Assembly (NCBI GenBank): GCA_965223425.1 | Contig: OZ245003.1 | Span: 1,280,001-1,344,000 of the forward strand | Source of the DNA: Nitrosopumilus sp. | GTDB lineage: Archaea > Thermoproteota > Nitrososphaeria > Nitrososphaerales > Nitrosopumilaceae | Direction: 5' to 3' | Length of the DNA: 64,000 bases | Shown: piece after piece, positions 32,043 to 42,539 of the stretch | How the letters are laid out: each line of letters opens with the position of its first letter | How positions within the stretch are numbered: the stretch's first letter is position 1 | The notes under the pieces: model-generated | What the model saw: the letters and a program-made list of their open reading frames with translations, nothing else | Told to the model about the DNA's origin: nothing | Databases searched by the model: none | Position numbers and translations under genes: made by a program

Positions 32043-32618
32043 TCATTTGAATTTCTTTTTGGCAAATTTTGAAAGACCCTGTTTTTTTAACTGTTCGGAC
32101 TCTTTCATTACAGATTTGTGCTGATCAGATTTGTGCTGCTTTAGCTTCTTTTTCAAAGCAGGAAATTCATTTGCAAGAATTTTCATAGCATAAATTCCTG
32201 CATTGCCAGCTTTGTTAATGCCAACAGCTACTACGGGGGATCCTGATGGCATCTCCGAAATTGACAATAAAGAATCCAACCCCCCAAACGCAGAAAACTT
32301 TGCGCCATCTGTTTTTTTTTGATGCCTGTCATTGTAGACAAGTATTGGAACCCCAACAACAGGAATTACTGTGTGTGATGCAATCATTCCTGGCAAATGC
32401 GCTGCTCCGCCGGCGCCTGCAATAATTACTTTGAACCCCATTTTTTCTGCATGTTTTGCATACTCGTCTAGCCTAGCAGGAGTTCTGTGTGCTGAAACAA
32501 TTTGATCCTCGTGCTTGACTTTATACTCGTCTAAAATTTCGGCTGCCCCTTTCATAATCCTGCTATCTGAACTAGAGCCCATAATGATTCCAACCAGGGG
32601 GGTTTTTGAATACGCCAT
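32043..32618 (-). CDS. purE: N5-CAIR mutase
   Basis: 'IIMGSSSD', 'SAHRTP', 'AGAGGAAHLPG'. Confidence 0.95.
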   Translation of the reverse strand: MAYSKTPLVGIIMGSSSDSRIMKGAAEILDEYKVKHEDQIVSAHRTPARLDEYAKHAEKMGFKVIIAGAGGAAHLPGMIASHTVIPVVGVPILVYNDRHQKKTDGAKFSAFGGLDSLLSISEMPSGSPVVAVGINKAGNAGIYAMKILANEFPALKKKLKQHKSDQHKSVMKESEQLKKQGLSKFAKKKFK

Positions 32619-32707
32619 AATATTAAAAAAAACTAGAGAGTATTATCTATAACTATTAGAAAAAATCCGACAAATTTGCCCAAATCATCATTAGCTATTT
32701 TTAGTAC

Positions 32708-33871
32708 ATGAACCTGATTGCTATGATGGCAAAAATACTTGGAATTATTGGAGGCGGCCAACTTGGAATGATGATTACAGAAGCTGCAAAGACAATGCCT
32801 GAACACATATCAAAAGTCATCGTACTGGATCCAACTGAAGGCTGCCCTGCCGCACAAGTCGGCGCTGAGCAAATTATTGCAGATTTCAAGGACAAGGAGG
32901 CAATCGAGGATTTGGCCAATAAATCAGATATAATCACCTATGAAATTGAGTCTGGCAATAGTGATGTTTTAAAATCTGTTGAAAAAAATGCAGAGATAGA
33001 ACCTTCTCCTGAAACCCTAAAGACTATTCAAGACAAGTTTTTACAAAAGACTTTCTTGTCAGAAAACAGAATCCCGGTTCCAAAGTTTGTTGAAATTGAT
33101 ACAATTGAAGATGTCAAAAATGGACTAAATGACTTTGGATATCCTGCATTACTAAAAGCAAGAAGAGGCGCTTACGATGGCAGAGGTAACTTTAAAATCA
33201 ATTCTGAAAATGAAATCCAAAAAGCGTTTGATTATTTTCAAGGCCAGGCTTTGCTGTTGGAAAAATTTGTTCCGTTTGTCATGGAGGTATCGGTAATCGC
33301 GTCACGAAACACTAAAGGCCAAATTAAGACATATCCGCTAGTTGAAAACATACATGAAGAAAATATTTTACGGGAAACGATAGCTCCGGCCAGAGTTACA
33401 GAAGAAATTACAAGAAAAGCTGAGAAAATTGCCGAGGAAACAATGATGGTTCTCAAGGGTGCGGGAGTTTTTGGAATCGAGATGTTTGTCACTCAAGAAA
33501 ATGACATACTAATTAATGAAATTGCTCCCAGAGTTCACAATTCCGGCCATCACACGCTACAGTCCAGCGAAACATCTCAGTTTGAACAACATTTGCGAGC
33601 AATTTTAGGGTTAGATCTTGGAAGTACAAAACTCATCCACAGCGCAATTATGTACAATATTTTGGGAACAAAAGGGTTTGAAGGTGAATATAGATCGCTT
33701 GATATTTCAAACGACAATTTATTTTTAAAAATGTACGGTAAAAAAATTTCAAAACCATTGAGAAAGATGGGACATCTAAACTTAGTTGGAACGCAGGGGG
33801 AATCCATTGATCAGCTGTTGCAAAAATTAGAGGCCATTAAAGAAAAAACAGTGGTTCAACCTGCTGATTAG
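32708..33871 (+). CDS. purK: N5-CAIR synthetase
   Basis: 'GGGQLGMM', 'YDGRG', 'NEIAPRVHNSGH', 'RKMGH'. Confidence 0.95.
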   Translation: MNLIAMMAKILGIIGGGQLGMMITEAAKTMPEHISKVIVLDPTEGCPAAQVGAEQIIADFKDKEAIEDLANKSDIITYEIESGNSDVLKSVEKNAEIEPSPETLKTIQDKFLQKTFLSENRIPVPKFVEIDTIEDVKNGLNDFGYPALLKARRGAYDGRGNFKINSENEIQKAFDYFQGQALLLEKFVPFVMEVSVIASRNTKGQIKTYPLVENIHEENILRETIAPARVTEEITRKAEKIAEETMMVLKGAGVFGIEMFVTQENDILINEIAPRVHNSGHHTLQSSETSQFEQHLRAILGLDLGSTKLIHSAIMYNILGTKGFEGEYRSLDISNDNLFLKMYGKKISKPLRKMGHLNLVGTQGESIDQLLQKLEAIKEKTVVQPAD

Positions 33872-33880
33872 ATTTATTAA

Positions 33881-34294
33881 TTGTTGAAAGTGATGCTGAG
33901 TATGGCCTTAACTGCGGCATTAATAATTACTGGAATAGCAATCGGATTGCTAGTAATTTATGCTGCAGATGTTGCAGTAGCAGAAAGTACTGGTAATGGT
34001 GAAGGGTTTCTCCCATTTGATCACAAGGCCAGAGGAATGGGATTAGGTTTGCCTGCACTGATATTGCCAATTGTGGCCTATCTTATTTCAAGAAAAGAGC
34101 CCTCACAAGGCCTTGGAATCATGATAATTGTCGCAGGTGTTTTGATTGTTGCCGGCGGAGTGTTTGTGATTGGCAATGCAGATCCGGTTGAAGCAGAAGA
34201 ATCGGGAAGAAATGTCATGTCAGAAACAGCGCCATTGCTTATTGCAGGAGCAGTTCAAATCGGATTAGGCACACTTAAAATAAAAAAATCTTAA
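33881..34294 (+). CDS. membrane protein
   Basis: About four hydrophobic segments. Confidence 0.7.
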   Translation: MLKVMLSMALTAALIITGIAIGLLVIYAADVAVAESTGNGEGFLPFDHKARGMGLGLPALILPIVAYLISRKEPSQGLGIMIIVAGVLIVAGGVFVIGNADPVEAEESGRNVMSETAPLLIAGAVQIGLGTLKIKKS

Positions 34295-34303
34295 GAGAAT
34301 TAC

Positions 34304-34429
34304 ATGCCCATCTGTGCCAAGTGCAGTAACGACGTAAGAAAAGTATATGATTGTGATCACACTGAATTTCAAGAATACTGTGTTGAATGCTATACGGAAT
34401 TACATTACTATCTAACCGAAAGTGAGTGA
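34304..34429 (+). CDS. 41-aa Cys/His-rich zinc-finger microprotein
   Basis: Manual translation MPICAKCSNDVRKVYDCDHTEFQEYCVECYTELHYYLTESE. Confidence 0.7.
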   Translation: MPICAKCSNDVRKVYDCDHTEFQEYCVECYTELHYYLTESE

Positions 34430-34670
34430 TATGGTGTCTGAGAGAGAAATAGCGATTTATGCCCTAGGTAAAACTGAAGGAATTCATTCAGTTGCAGAGA
34501 CGTTAGGCAAGGGATTAGAGGATGAAAAATACGTTGAATCATGGAAGAAAACCATGAGGATGTTGGGAATTGACATGCCTCTTGAAGATCTTGAAAAAAT
34601 TTACAATGAATTTGCACAAAAAATGGATGACATAGTATCTAATTCTGAAAAAAGGCAGTCTGAAAAATAA
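34422..34670 (+). CDS. hypothetical protein
   Basis: 82-aa ORF in a co-oriented run. Confidence 0.7.
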   Translation: MSDMVSEREIAIYALGKTEGIHSVAETLGKGLEDEKYVESWKKTMRMLGIDMPLEDLEKIYNEFAQKMDDIVSNSEKRQSEK

Positions 34671-34700
34671 ACAATTTTCATATACTCTAAAAAGTACAGA

Positions 34701-35375
34701 ATGTCATTGAAAGCAATAATCCTGGCAGGAGGTCGCGGAAAACGGTTAAGACCCATTACTGATTATGTTCCAAAACCACTGATTCCGTTAAACAACGTAC
34801 CAATCATTGAATGGCAAATAAAATATTTAAAAAAATTTGGGGTAGACGAAGTAATAATTTGCACAGGCTACAAAACAGAAATGATTGAAAGTTATATCGG
34901 CATGAAAAAAACTGGAGTTAGGATAAAATTTTCTGTTGAAAAATCGCCACTGGGAACTGCGGGGGCAATCAAACAGGCCGGAAAGATGATCAAAGAAAAA
35001 TCATTTTTTGTACTAAACGGGGACATTATCACAAACATCAATTTAAAAAAACTTGCATCCAAACCAAACTCAATTGCGTCAATTGAACTGAGAACTGATT
35101 TTGGAATTTTAGAAACATCTGGAAATAACGTTCAAAAGTTTAAAGAAAAAAGAGAAATTTCCAATTTATGGATGAACGCTGGGATTTACCATCTTCAAAG
35201 AACAGTATTGAGGGATTTGCCCAATAAAGGATCTATTGAAAAAACACTTTTTCCAGAATATGCAAGGAAAAACAAACTATCTGCAATTAAATTCAAAGGC
35301 GTAAAATGGTATTCTATAGATTCCTTTAAGGACATGGAACAAAGCTCATCGGAGATAAAGAAAATAATAAAATAA
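34701..35375 (+). CDS. sugar-phosphate nucleotidyltransferase
   Basis: 'ILAGGRGKRLRP.T...PKPL', 'LGTAGAI', 'NGD'. Confidence 0.9.
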   Translation: MSLKAIILAGGRGKRLRPITDYVPKPLIPLNNVPIIEWQIKYLKKFGVDEVIICTGYKTEMIESYIGMKKTGVRIKFSVEKSPLGTAGAIKQAGKMIKEKSFFVLNGDIITNINLKKLASKPNSIASIELRTDFGILETSGNNVQKFKEKREISNLWMNAGIYHLQRTVLRDLPNKGSIEKTLFPEYARKNKLSAIKFKGVKWYSIDSFKDMEQSSSEIKKIIK

Positions 35376-35384
35376 AATTATTTG

Positions 35385-35531
35385 TTATGCACCGGTGCGA
35401 TGCAATGTCACCATCATGTATGCCACTTCTTCAACAAAAGGTTCATCCTTGCTTGCTGAGGCATACTTTGTGGCATCATCCCAAAAAGTAATCTTTTCTG
35501 ATGGTTTTTCTGCGAATGTCTGTTCACTCAA
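35385..35531 (-). CDS. 48-aa hypothetical protein
   Basis: Manual translation MSEQTFAEKPSEKITFWDDATKYASASKDEPFVEEVAYMMVTLHRTGA (TTG start). Confidence 0.5.
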   Translation of the reverse strand: MSEQTFAEKPSEKITFWDDATKYASASKDEPFVEEVAYMMVTLHRTGA

Positions 35532-35634
35532 GACGTTTTATTGTGACCGTGATCTGATAATATTTTCTCCCTCAACCAAATTTCACCCATTACTAAAACT
35601 GATATACTAAATATCCGATCTGCACTATACCATC

Positions 35635-36600
35635 ATGCGTATTTCATGTAGCTTGGGCTCGTTATTGACTGTAGATGAAGTCCTGAGATGTTCTGAGATC
35701 ATCTCCGATACTCGTACAAACACCATTTGGCTTCCTGAGACCTGGGGAATGGAGAACTTTGCAATGCTTGGCGCCATTTCAAACAAAACAAAAACTCAGA
35801 AACTAGGTTCATCCATAATCAACATCTATTCTAGAAGCCCTGCTGCAATTGCCATGGGAGCTGCAACAGCAGACGCATTGTCTGGCGGCCGACTAATTCT
35901 AGGTCTTGGAGCAAGCAGCATGCCAATAGTTGAAGCATTCCACGGTTACAAATTTGAAAAGCCACTGCAAAGAATGAAAGAGTATGTTGAGATCATACGA
36001 TTGGTTCTTTCAGGAAACAAGATAAACTATGCAGGAAAAATTTTCAACCTGAAAGATTTTTCATTACTAATTAAACCGCAACGCGCTGCAATTCCGATAT
36101 ATTTGGCCGCAATTAACCAAAAAATGGTGGATTTAACATGGGAGATTGCAGACGGGGTTATTTTTTATCTGAGGCCAAAAAATGAAATGAAGCAGACAAT
36201 TTCCAAAATGCAGAAAGAAAGAAAAATAGATGTCACCTGTCAATTAATCACATGCATTTCAAAAAATTCTGATGCGGCAATTGAGCGCGCAAAAAAAACA
36301 CTGTCATTTTATGTTGCAGTGGGTAAAATATATCGCGAATTTTTATCAGATAGCGGCTACAAAAAAGAATGTGACAGCATCTTTGCTGAGTTTAATAAAT
36401 CTGGTTTGAAGTCAATACATGAGTTAGTTCCTGACTCTATGTTGGAGTCACTATGTGTTGCCGGCACTCCAGAAGAGTGCAAGTCTCAATTGCGGGAATT
36501 CAAGGAGACAGGTATTGATTTGCCCATACTCCAATTCAATCCGATTGGAAACACCTTGGATTCATTTAATTTGTTAAAAAATACGTTTTTGGAGCAATGA
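35635..36600 (+). CDS. LLM-class (F420/flavin-dependent) oxidoreductase
   Basis: 'SRSPAAIAM.AAT.D.LSGGRLILGLG', 'IADG', 'GTPEEC'. Confidence 0.9.
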   Translation: MRISCSLGSLLTVDEVLRCSEIISDTRTNTIWLPETWGMENFAMLGAISNKTKTQKLGSSIINIYSRSPAAIAMGAATADALSGGRLILGLGASSMPIVEAFHGYKFEKPLQRMKEYVEIIRLVLSGNKINYAGKIFNLKDFSLLIKPQRAAIPIYLAAINQKMVDLTWEIADGVIFYLRPKNEMKQTISKMQKERKIDVTCQLITCISKNSDAAIERAKKTLSFYVAVGKIYREFLSDSGYKKECDSIFAEFNKSGLKSIHELVPDSMLESLCVAGTPEECKSQLREFKETGIDLPILQFNPIGNTLDSFNLLKNTFLEQ

Positions 36601-36601
36601 T

Positions 36602-37711
36602 ATGACAAAAGTGGGAATTGCAGCATATGGGATTATCCCGTTTTCTAAGAAAGATCAAAAAATCGAATCTGTGCTTTTAGAGTCTTTGAAGAGTCTTTTT
36701 GAAAACAATTCCAAAATAAATAAAAACGAAATTGATGCCGTCCTTGTATCCACTAGCGATGATTCAAAATACCTGTCTCCCATCATCTCTGAAATGAGCG
36801 GAGTCAAGCCCAAAATAGCACATTCTGTTGAAAGTCTATGCAATTCAGGCACAAATTCAATAGTTTCGGGGTATTCATACATTGCATCAGGACTCGCAGA
36901 TTTAGTTCTCGTATGTGGTGCAGAAAGACACGACAGTCCCGGACAAGTTTTAGAATGGGATAATTCCAGGGGAGAGTTCAAGCATCCCATATTCTGGGCA
37001 TCAATATTCTCAAAATCATACAAACGAGAGTATTCAATTGCTGATGAGGAACTAGCACTAGTTTCAGTCAAAAACCACAAACAGGCAAGAAACAATCCTA
37101 ACGCGCTATCTAATCGGACCTTCAGTGTTGATGACGTGATGAATTCAAAAAAACTGACAGAGGATCTTCGGCTGCTTGACTGTTCAAGATCGTGTACTGG
37201 AGGCGCATCAATTCTTCTGGCTTCAGAGGCAATGACAAAAAAAATTTCAGAAAGCCCGGTTTGGATAAAAGGAATTGGACAGCAAACGGTTTCAGGAAGC
37301 TTTGCAAAAAATCCCTCTTTTAGCTCAATGGATTCAAGTAAAACTGCAAGTATCTCTGCATTAAAAATGGCCGATCATTCAATAAGCGATGTCGATGTTG
37401 CTGAAATACATGATGCGTTTTCAGTTTGCGAGCCAATGGCACTAGAGGCCATGAGGTTTGTGGATAAGGGATGCGGAACAAACATGATCAAAGAGCTACA
37501 TGAAACAAATAATTTCAAGATCAACCCCAGAGGAGGGCTAATTGGTGCAGGACATCCATTTGGTGCAACAGGCATAGCTCAAACTATAGAAATTGCACAA
37601 CAGCTTTCAGCAAAAGCTGACAAGAGGCAAGTAGATAATGCCAAAATAGGCCTGGTTCACAACATGTCTGCAGCGGCCACATCATCAACTGTATTGGTGC
37701 TGGAACGATGA
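36602..37711 (+). CDS. thiolase family protein
   Basis: 'ESLCNSG', 'AEIHDAF', 'INPRGGLIGAGHPFGATG'. Confidence 0.9.
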   Translation: MTKVGIAAYGIIPFSKKDQKIESVLLESLKSLFENNSKINKNEIDAVLVSTSDDSKYLSPIISEMSGVKPKIAHSVESLCNSGTNSIVSGYSYIASGLADLVLVCGAERHDSPGQVLEWDNSRGEFKHPIFWASIFSKSYKREYSIADEELALVSVKNHKQARNNPNALSNRTFSVDDVMNSKKLTEDLRLLDCSRSCTGGASILLASEAMTKKISESPVWIKGIGQQTVSGSFAKNPSFSSMDSSKTASISALKMADHSISDVDVAEIHDAFSVCEPMALEAMRFVDKGCGTNMIKELHETNNFKINPRGGLIGAGHPFGATGIAQTIEIAQQLSAKADKRQVDNAKIGLVHNMSAAATSSTVLVLER

Positions 37712-38016
37712 GCTTTGACTCAGAATTGGCAAAGGGGGTTTTTACACTCCCGCAATGTGACAGATGTAAAAAAACAGTCTGGCCGCCATCGGAATTCTGT
37801 GATCATTGTTTTGGCCACGTTGTGCTAAAAAAAGGGGATTTTGAAGGCAGGATTAAAGAATTTTCAAGGCAAAACGAGCAATATTTTTGCGTTGTTGAAA
37901 TAGAAAAAACAGTTAGGATTATGGCAAAAATTCCAACCGTGCCACAAATTGGCCAATCAGTAAAAATAACAAAATGCGGTATTGAGAATGGTAATTATTT
38001 TTTCCACGTTAACTAA
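37708..38016 (+). CDS. DUF35 zinc-ribbon/OB-fold thiolase partner
   Basis: CxxC...WPP...CxxC; coupled to the thiolase gene. Confidence 0.85.
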   Translation: MSFDSELAKGVFTLPQCDRCKKTVWPPSEFCDHCFGHVVLKKGDFEGRIKEFSRQNEQYFCVVEIEKTVRIMAKIPTVPQIGQSVKITKCGIENGNYFFHVN

Positions 38017-38869
38017 ATTTTGTATAGATATACGGCGTTTCTACTTTTTGATCAAATGTCCAAACAGTTGGCAGTGAAATGGTATCAATTATTTTGAGAT
38101 TGTATTTTTCTATTAGTGAACTCCATCCTCCATTTTCAATATTTGTTGACAGTTGTCTCTTTGAATGGGTTCCGGCAAAGACTATTCCCGTATTTTTTAC
38201 AAGATTTGGGATTGATTGAAGTTTCTCAATGATGCTAGTTGCTAAAACATCTCCTCCCATTTGTGGCAGCCCGCCAATGAAAAAAGCCGGCTTGGTTAAA
38301 TTCAGTTTCAGATAGTCAAACTCTATAGCGTCATCACAGATAGGGTTAAAGTTTTGGTTTGTAGATTTTGATATAGTATTTTGTAAATCGACTAACTGCT
38401 CATCAATTTCAATACTGTACGTTTGCAGGCCAAATAATTTTCCGCAATATGCAATTCGCCCATCCCCTGAGCCAATATCAATTAATTCCTCATATCCCAA
38501 CTCATAAGCTAACCTTGACATAAAATACGCAGAGATGATCCATGTTGGATAAAATGGCTGACAGCTTGAACCATGTTTGATGCTATTTAACCAATATTCG
38601 TTGATATCTCCCTCATAAACAGTACATATCACGCTTGAAATTTTATCGTCAAAATAATTATAATATATTGGATTTTTTTGTGCAAACTGATGCAATTGTT
38701 GAATGTGCACGTCATCAAGCAAAAGACTTTCCAAGCTACTTTTAGGAATGAATTCTTGTATGTGCGCATTTCCGGAATAACTTTTTGCGAATTCTTGTTT
38801 GAGGAACCCCAATTCGCGTATGGCCTTGTGCATATGTTTTGAGAAATTACATGGGTTTGATAAACTCAT
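38009..38869 (-). CDS. SAM-dependent methyltransferase-like protein
   Basis: 'IDIGSGDGR' and 'SIEID'. Confidence 0.75.
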   Translation of the reverse strand: MSLSNPCNFSKHMHKAIRELGFLKQEFAKSYSGNAHIQEFIPKSSLESLLLDDVHIQQLHQFAQKNPIYYNYFDDKISSVICTVYEGDINEYWLNSIKHGSSCQPFYPTWIISAYFMSRLAYELGYEELIDIGSGDGRIAYCGKLFGLQTYSIEIDEQLVDLQNTISKSTNQNFNPICDDAIEFDYLKLNLTKPAFFIGGLPQMGGDVLATSIIEKLQSIPNLVKNTGIVFAGTHSKRQLSTNIENGGWSSLIEKYNLKIIDTISLPTVWTFDQKVETPYIYTKFS

Positions 38870-39211
38870 TGCATGTCTTAGCTATTTAGATGCTATAGAC
38901 GCTATTATTTCCTGTCCAATTTTTTTATTTGTTCTATTGTAATTGATGGGCTGGTTTGTCTTTTAATGTCTAATTCTTCAGAATCCAAAGCTGTTTGGAA
39001 ACCTAATTGATTAGGCGTTTAGACATGCGCCACGCTGTTCTAAGTTTTCCAGCAATTGTCTCAAACACTAAAAATCTCCATTCAAAACTGCTTAAAGATT
39101 GAATTGTTAATGGAGAGGCATTGATCACAAAACATTCATGCAATCAACCATGTTTTTTGACAGGTTATTGTCAAATTACCTACTTTACTATACATTGACA
39201 GGTAAAAACAA

Positions 39212-39781
39212 GTGTTGCAAAGAAAACCAGTTTCAATCACTATTCAAAAACAAAAAAAACCATCAAAAACCAACAAAAATAACCAAAAAACTACGCAGAT
39301 ACGCAGACAGCGTGGATATCAATGGGAAGGCACCATTGTAAAACGATTCAACAGTGCGCCTCAATGGAAGGCATTCAGGTTAGGCTCCCCAAGCATTGCA
39401 TTGCCTGATGTACTTGCAGTCAACACCGAAGATAGTTCACTATACACCATTGAGGCAAAATCAGGTACAGGCACATCTTTGGCAGTACCATATGATCAAA
39501 TTGAACGGTGTCTTGATTGGATCAAGACGTTTGATATTTACAAAAAAAGAAAAGTTTTACTGGCTTTCAAATTTCTCTCAAAGAAGAGAATCGGGCTAGG
39601 AACATACGAAAGTAGGGAACTGCGGGAATTTTTTAAGATTTGGGATGCTTCTTTAGAAATTACGAACTGTGTCTGTACATATGAAGGCAAAATTTTTGCA
39701 AAAATCAACGGTTCTAAAAAAGAGTTACCTCTCAAGGAATGTTTGATGCCATTTAAAACTAAACAGCGCCATAGTGCCTAA
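39212..39781 (+). CDS. Hjc-like Holliday junction resolvase / PD-(D/E)XK nuclease
   Basis: 'RG..WE', 'PDVLA', 'IEAKS'. Confidence 0.8.
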   Translation: MLQRKPVSITIQKQKKPSKTNKNNQKTTQIRRQRGYQWEGTIVKRFNSAPQWKAFRLGSPSIALPDVLAVNTEDSSLYTIEAKSGTGTSLAVPYDQIERCLDWIKTFDIYKKRKVLLAFKFLSKKRIGLGTYESRELREFFKIWDASLEITNCVCTYEGKIFAKINGSKKELPLKECLMPFKTKQRHSA

Positions 39782-39815
39782 TTGAATAGCTTTCAAATCG
39801 TTTTTTAAGGATAAA

Positions 39816-40274
39816 GTGCAAGTTTTGATGTTGCCTGAGGATAATACCGAACCAAATGAAACAACGTCTGAATCTCTGTTAGAAACAGTCTCTGATGCAG
39901 AAGTCAACTCAAGAGTTAGTTTTGAGGAATTTACCGATGAAAGAATCCTGATCAGTCATGATGCTTTTGGAAATAAGCAAATGAAGATCAAGGTGTTGGA
40001 AGTATCCGATGAAATATCCCCATCAAAATGGAAGTTTGGAGACAGAGTAAAAGTTACCAAAATCCTTGTAACTGTAAAGCACCTCACAACACAAGAAGTT
40101 GAAGAAGGCGAGTTTGATATCGAGGCCATAGAAAGGGAGCTGGCTGAAAAAAGACACTACACTTCAACTAATAGATGGATCCCTGTAAATGATATCAAAA
40201 ACGGGTATGTTGTAGGTTCAATGCATACCAGACTAATCAGCGATGCTTCTGCACTAGATTATATCGCATTTTGA
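39816..40274 (+). CDS. hypothetical protein
   Basis: 152-aa ORF. Confidence 0.7.
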   Translation: MQVLMLPEDNTEPNETTSESLLETVSDAEVNSRVSFEEFTDERILISHDAFGNKQMKIKVLEVSDEISPSKWKFGDRVKVTKILVTVKHLTTQEVEEGEFDIEAIERELAEKRHYTSTNRWIPVNDIKNGYVVGSMHTRLISDASALDYIAF

Positions 40275-40346
40275 CTCGACGTCAACTCTCACATTAATCA
40301 TTTTTATCTGAAAAACATTATAAACAAAAGAATTTGAAAGTGGTGT

Positions 40347-40664
40347 ATGAGTTCAAAAGAATTCGAGGTAAATGGAACTGATTACCGTGTTGTCTTAACA
40401 GAACAAGTAATTGGCCACATAAACAACCTCAAAAATCTCTATAATGCAGCATACGAAGATCCTGAAAGCTTTGAAGACATCAGTGCTGAAATTTCAAATA
40501 CGATTAACGAAATTGCAGGAAATGTAGAGCCCGAGGCAGAAGACAGTGATCTTGACGGACTAATACAGGAAATCATCAAAGCTGTAGACAGTAAAGCCGA
40601 GGAAATTGAAAAAGAGTTAGAAGAAAAAGAAAAACCTAAGAAAAAATCAAAATCTAGCAAATGA
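40347..40664 (+). CDS. acidic hypothetical protein
   Basis: 105-aa ORF. Confidence 0.7.
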   Translation: MSSKEFEVNGTDYRVVLTEQVIGHINNLKNLYNAAYEDPESFEDISAEISNTINEIAGNVEPEAEDSDLDGLIQEIIKAVDSKAEEIEKELEEKEKPKKKSKSSK

Positions 40665-40732
40665 TCCCATTTGACCTTAAACTCATAAAAAATTGCAGTA
40701 TATGTTATATTTGAAAACAACCTATTCTAGTT

Positions 40733-40849
40733 ATGTCCGGAGGTTGTGAATGTGGGATCTGTGGTCACTCTCACGAATCAGAATGTCTTGAAAAGGAGTG
40801 CAAATGCTGTTTGAATTTTCATGAGAGATCAGGACCTAAACGAAAGTAG
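40733..40849 (+). CDS. 38-aa Cys/His-rich, metallothionein-like microprotein
   Basis: Manual translation MSGGCECGICGHSHESECLEKECKCCLNFHERSGPKRK. Confidence 0.6.
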   Translation: MSGGCECGICGHSHESECLEKECKCCLNFHERSGPKRK

Positions 40850-40963
40850 CCATTGTTCAAAGTCAGTTTTTCTTGTTGTGACAACTACATTTTTTTGAAA
40901 AATGTCTTGAGCACCCAAATAATCTATGATCTTGGCACCCACATAAAACACATCTTTTATCAG

Positions 40964-41338
40964 TCATAATTTTTCAACTAGTTCTCCCACCTTCTCCATC
41001 ATCTTCTTATCCTCTAGCGTTTCTAGTATTTTCAATCGCATATTTTTGATTCTGCCTACATCATTTGAGTATAAAGTGGCCATTGTTTCGATCTCCTGTT
41101 CAAACGAAAAATTATTCAAATAGTGCTGAAATTTTGTTTTAAGTGTTCTAAAATCCGAGGATTGTATTTTCTCAGCATCAACTTTTTTCGATATAACTTT
41201 TAAAAATCCATTAATTTTCAAGAACTCTTTCTTGATGCTGTCTAGATCTTCGGGTTTATCCTGAATTTCTTTAAGAGTGGCATAAGACTCAAGCACTTGA
41301 TTTAGTATGTTTTTTAAATATTCATTATAAGTGACCAT
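40964..41338 (-). CDS. hypothetical protein
   Basis: 124-aa ORF. Confidence 0.7.
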   Translation of the reverse strand: MVTYNEYLKNILNQVLESYATLKEIQDKPEDLDSIKKEFLKINGFLKVISKKVDAEKIQSSDFRTLKTKFQHYLNNFSFEQEIETMATLYSNDVGRIKNMRLKILETLEDKKMMEKVGELVEKL

Positions 41339-41378
41339 GGTTGTTTTTCAAATTTATCTAATCTAAAGCTTATCTGTA

Positions 41379-42400
41379 GTTAGCACGTTAAATAACTGAA
41401 TGTTTTCACAGGCAGAATCTCCTTTCTGGCAAACAGCATACGACGTACTGACTGCTCCATCTCATCTAGCGTATCAAACACTTTTGCAGACAGTGCCCGT
41501 TTTATCATCTTCCATTGTATCTCAGTGGGATTAAGCTCCGGCGTGTACGGCACTAGGCATTCCAGAACCTCCTTTACCTTTTTGGATTTGTGATATGACG
41601 TTGTACACAAACAGCAGCACCTTGCCGAATCTTTTGTGAATACGCTCCAAAAAGTCGCAAAAGCTGTCGCTTTGACTTTTCATAAAACATAAAGCAAAAT
41701 GCGTTTACTGCCAAAACCCCAAATGTGTCTCCTCTCACGTGACAAAAAAGATGGGGGATGTTGTGGCATGTCTGCCGCGCCGCCTCCATCCATAACCTAG
41801 CTTGCTTTGCGCCTTTTGAATCGAGGACTCGTCATCTGCTAGGATGGTGGCGTACCCCTGCGCTGACTTTTCTGCAACGAGCTTTTTTGCCCGTTCCTGA
41901 AACTCTTTTTTTGAGGCTGATCTTGGGTTTTTTGGACGCGCCTTGTTACAGCAGATGAAAATGTCTACTCGACAGACGCCAGATTCGGCCTAAGGAGCGG
42001 ATGGGCATCTGATCAATTGCCTTTTCTGTCCAGATTATTTGCAAATCAGGCAAAATCTTGTCGTCCTTTCACTCCGTGGAAACACATTTTCATCCACTGT
42101 GCATGAGAACGATGATGCTGTCAGTCTTGGATAGCATCTTTTCAATCTTTTTGAGTTTGACCTTTGGCGGCCTTCCGCTCTTGGGAAGATCCCAGAAGGA
42201 GACCCAGTTCGGGCACTGCATGAGCGAGTCTGCCGTATGCTGGATGCTTTGGCTGTTCATGCACACCATGTTTACTGCGGCCATTCTCTTGACCACCTTG
42301 GGATCCCTCTCTTTCTTGTACGCCTTCCTAAAGCCTTCCGGTTTTGCTACTGGCATTGTAATGCATGGTACTAGGTGATCAAAATGTATTACCATCTAAC
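41379..42400 (-). mobile_element. degenerate IS630-family element
   Basis: Fragments 'AYKKERDPKV.KRM', 'PKSGRPPK', 'SYHKSK', 'PYTPELNPTE'; many frameshifts; ends approximate. Confidence 0.8.
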
Positions 42401-42539
42401 ATGTTTGGCCTCAAGAACATTTGAGTGACAGTATAAATCTAAACCGGAATTTCAAGAATTTGTCCTGCAGCTTTTACGAAATCTTCTGTATGTTTGACCA
42501 TGTTTTGTGCTTGTGTGTGAGAAATTGTTCCAGCCATGT

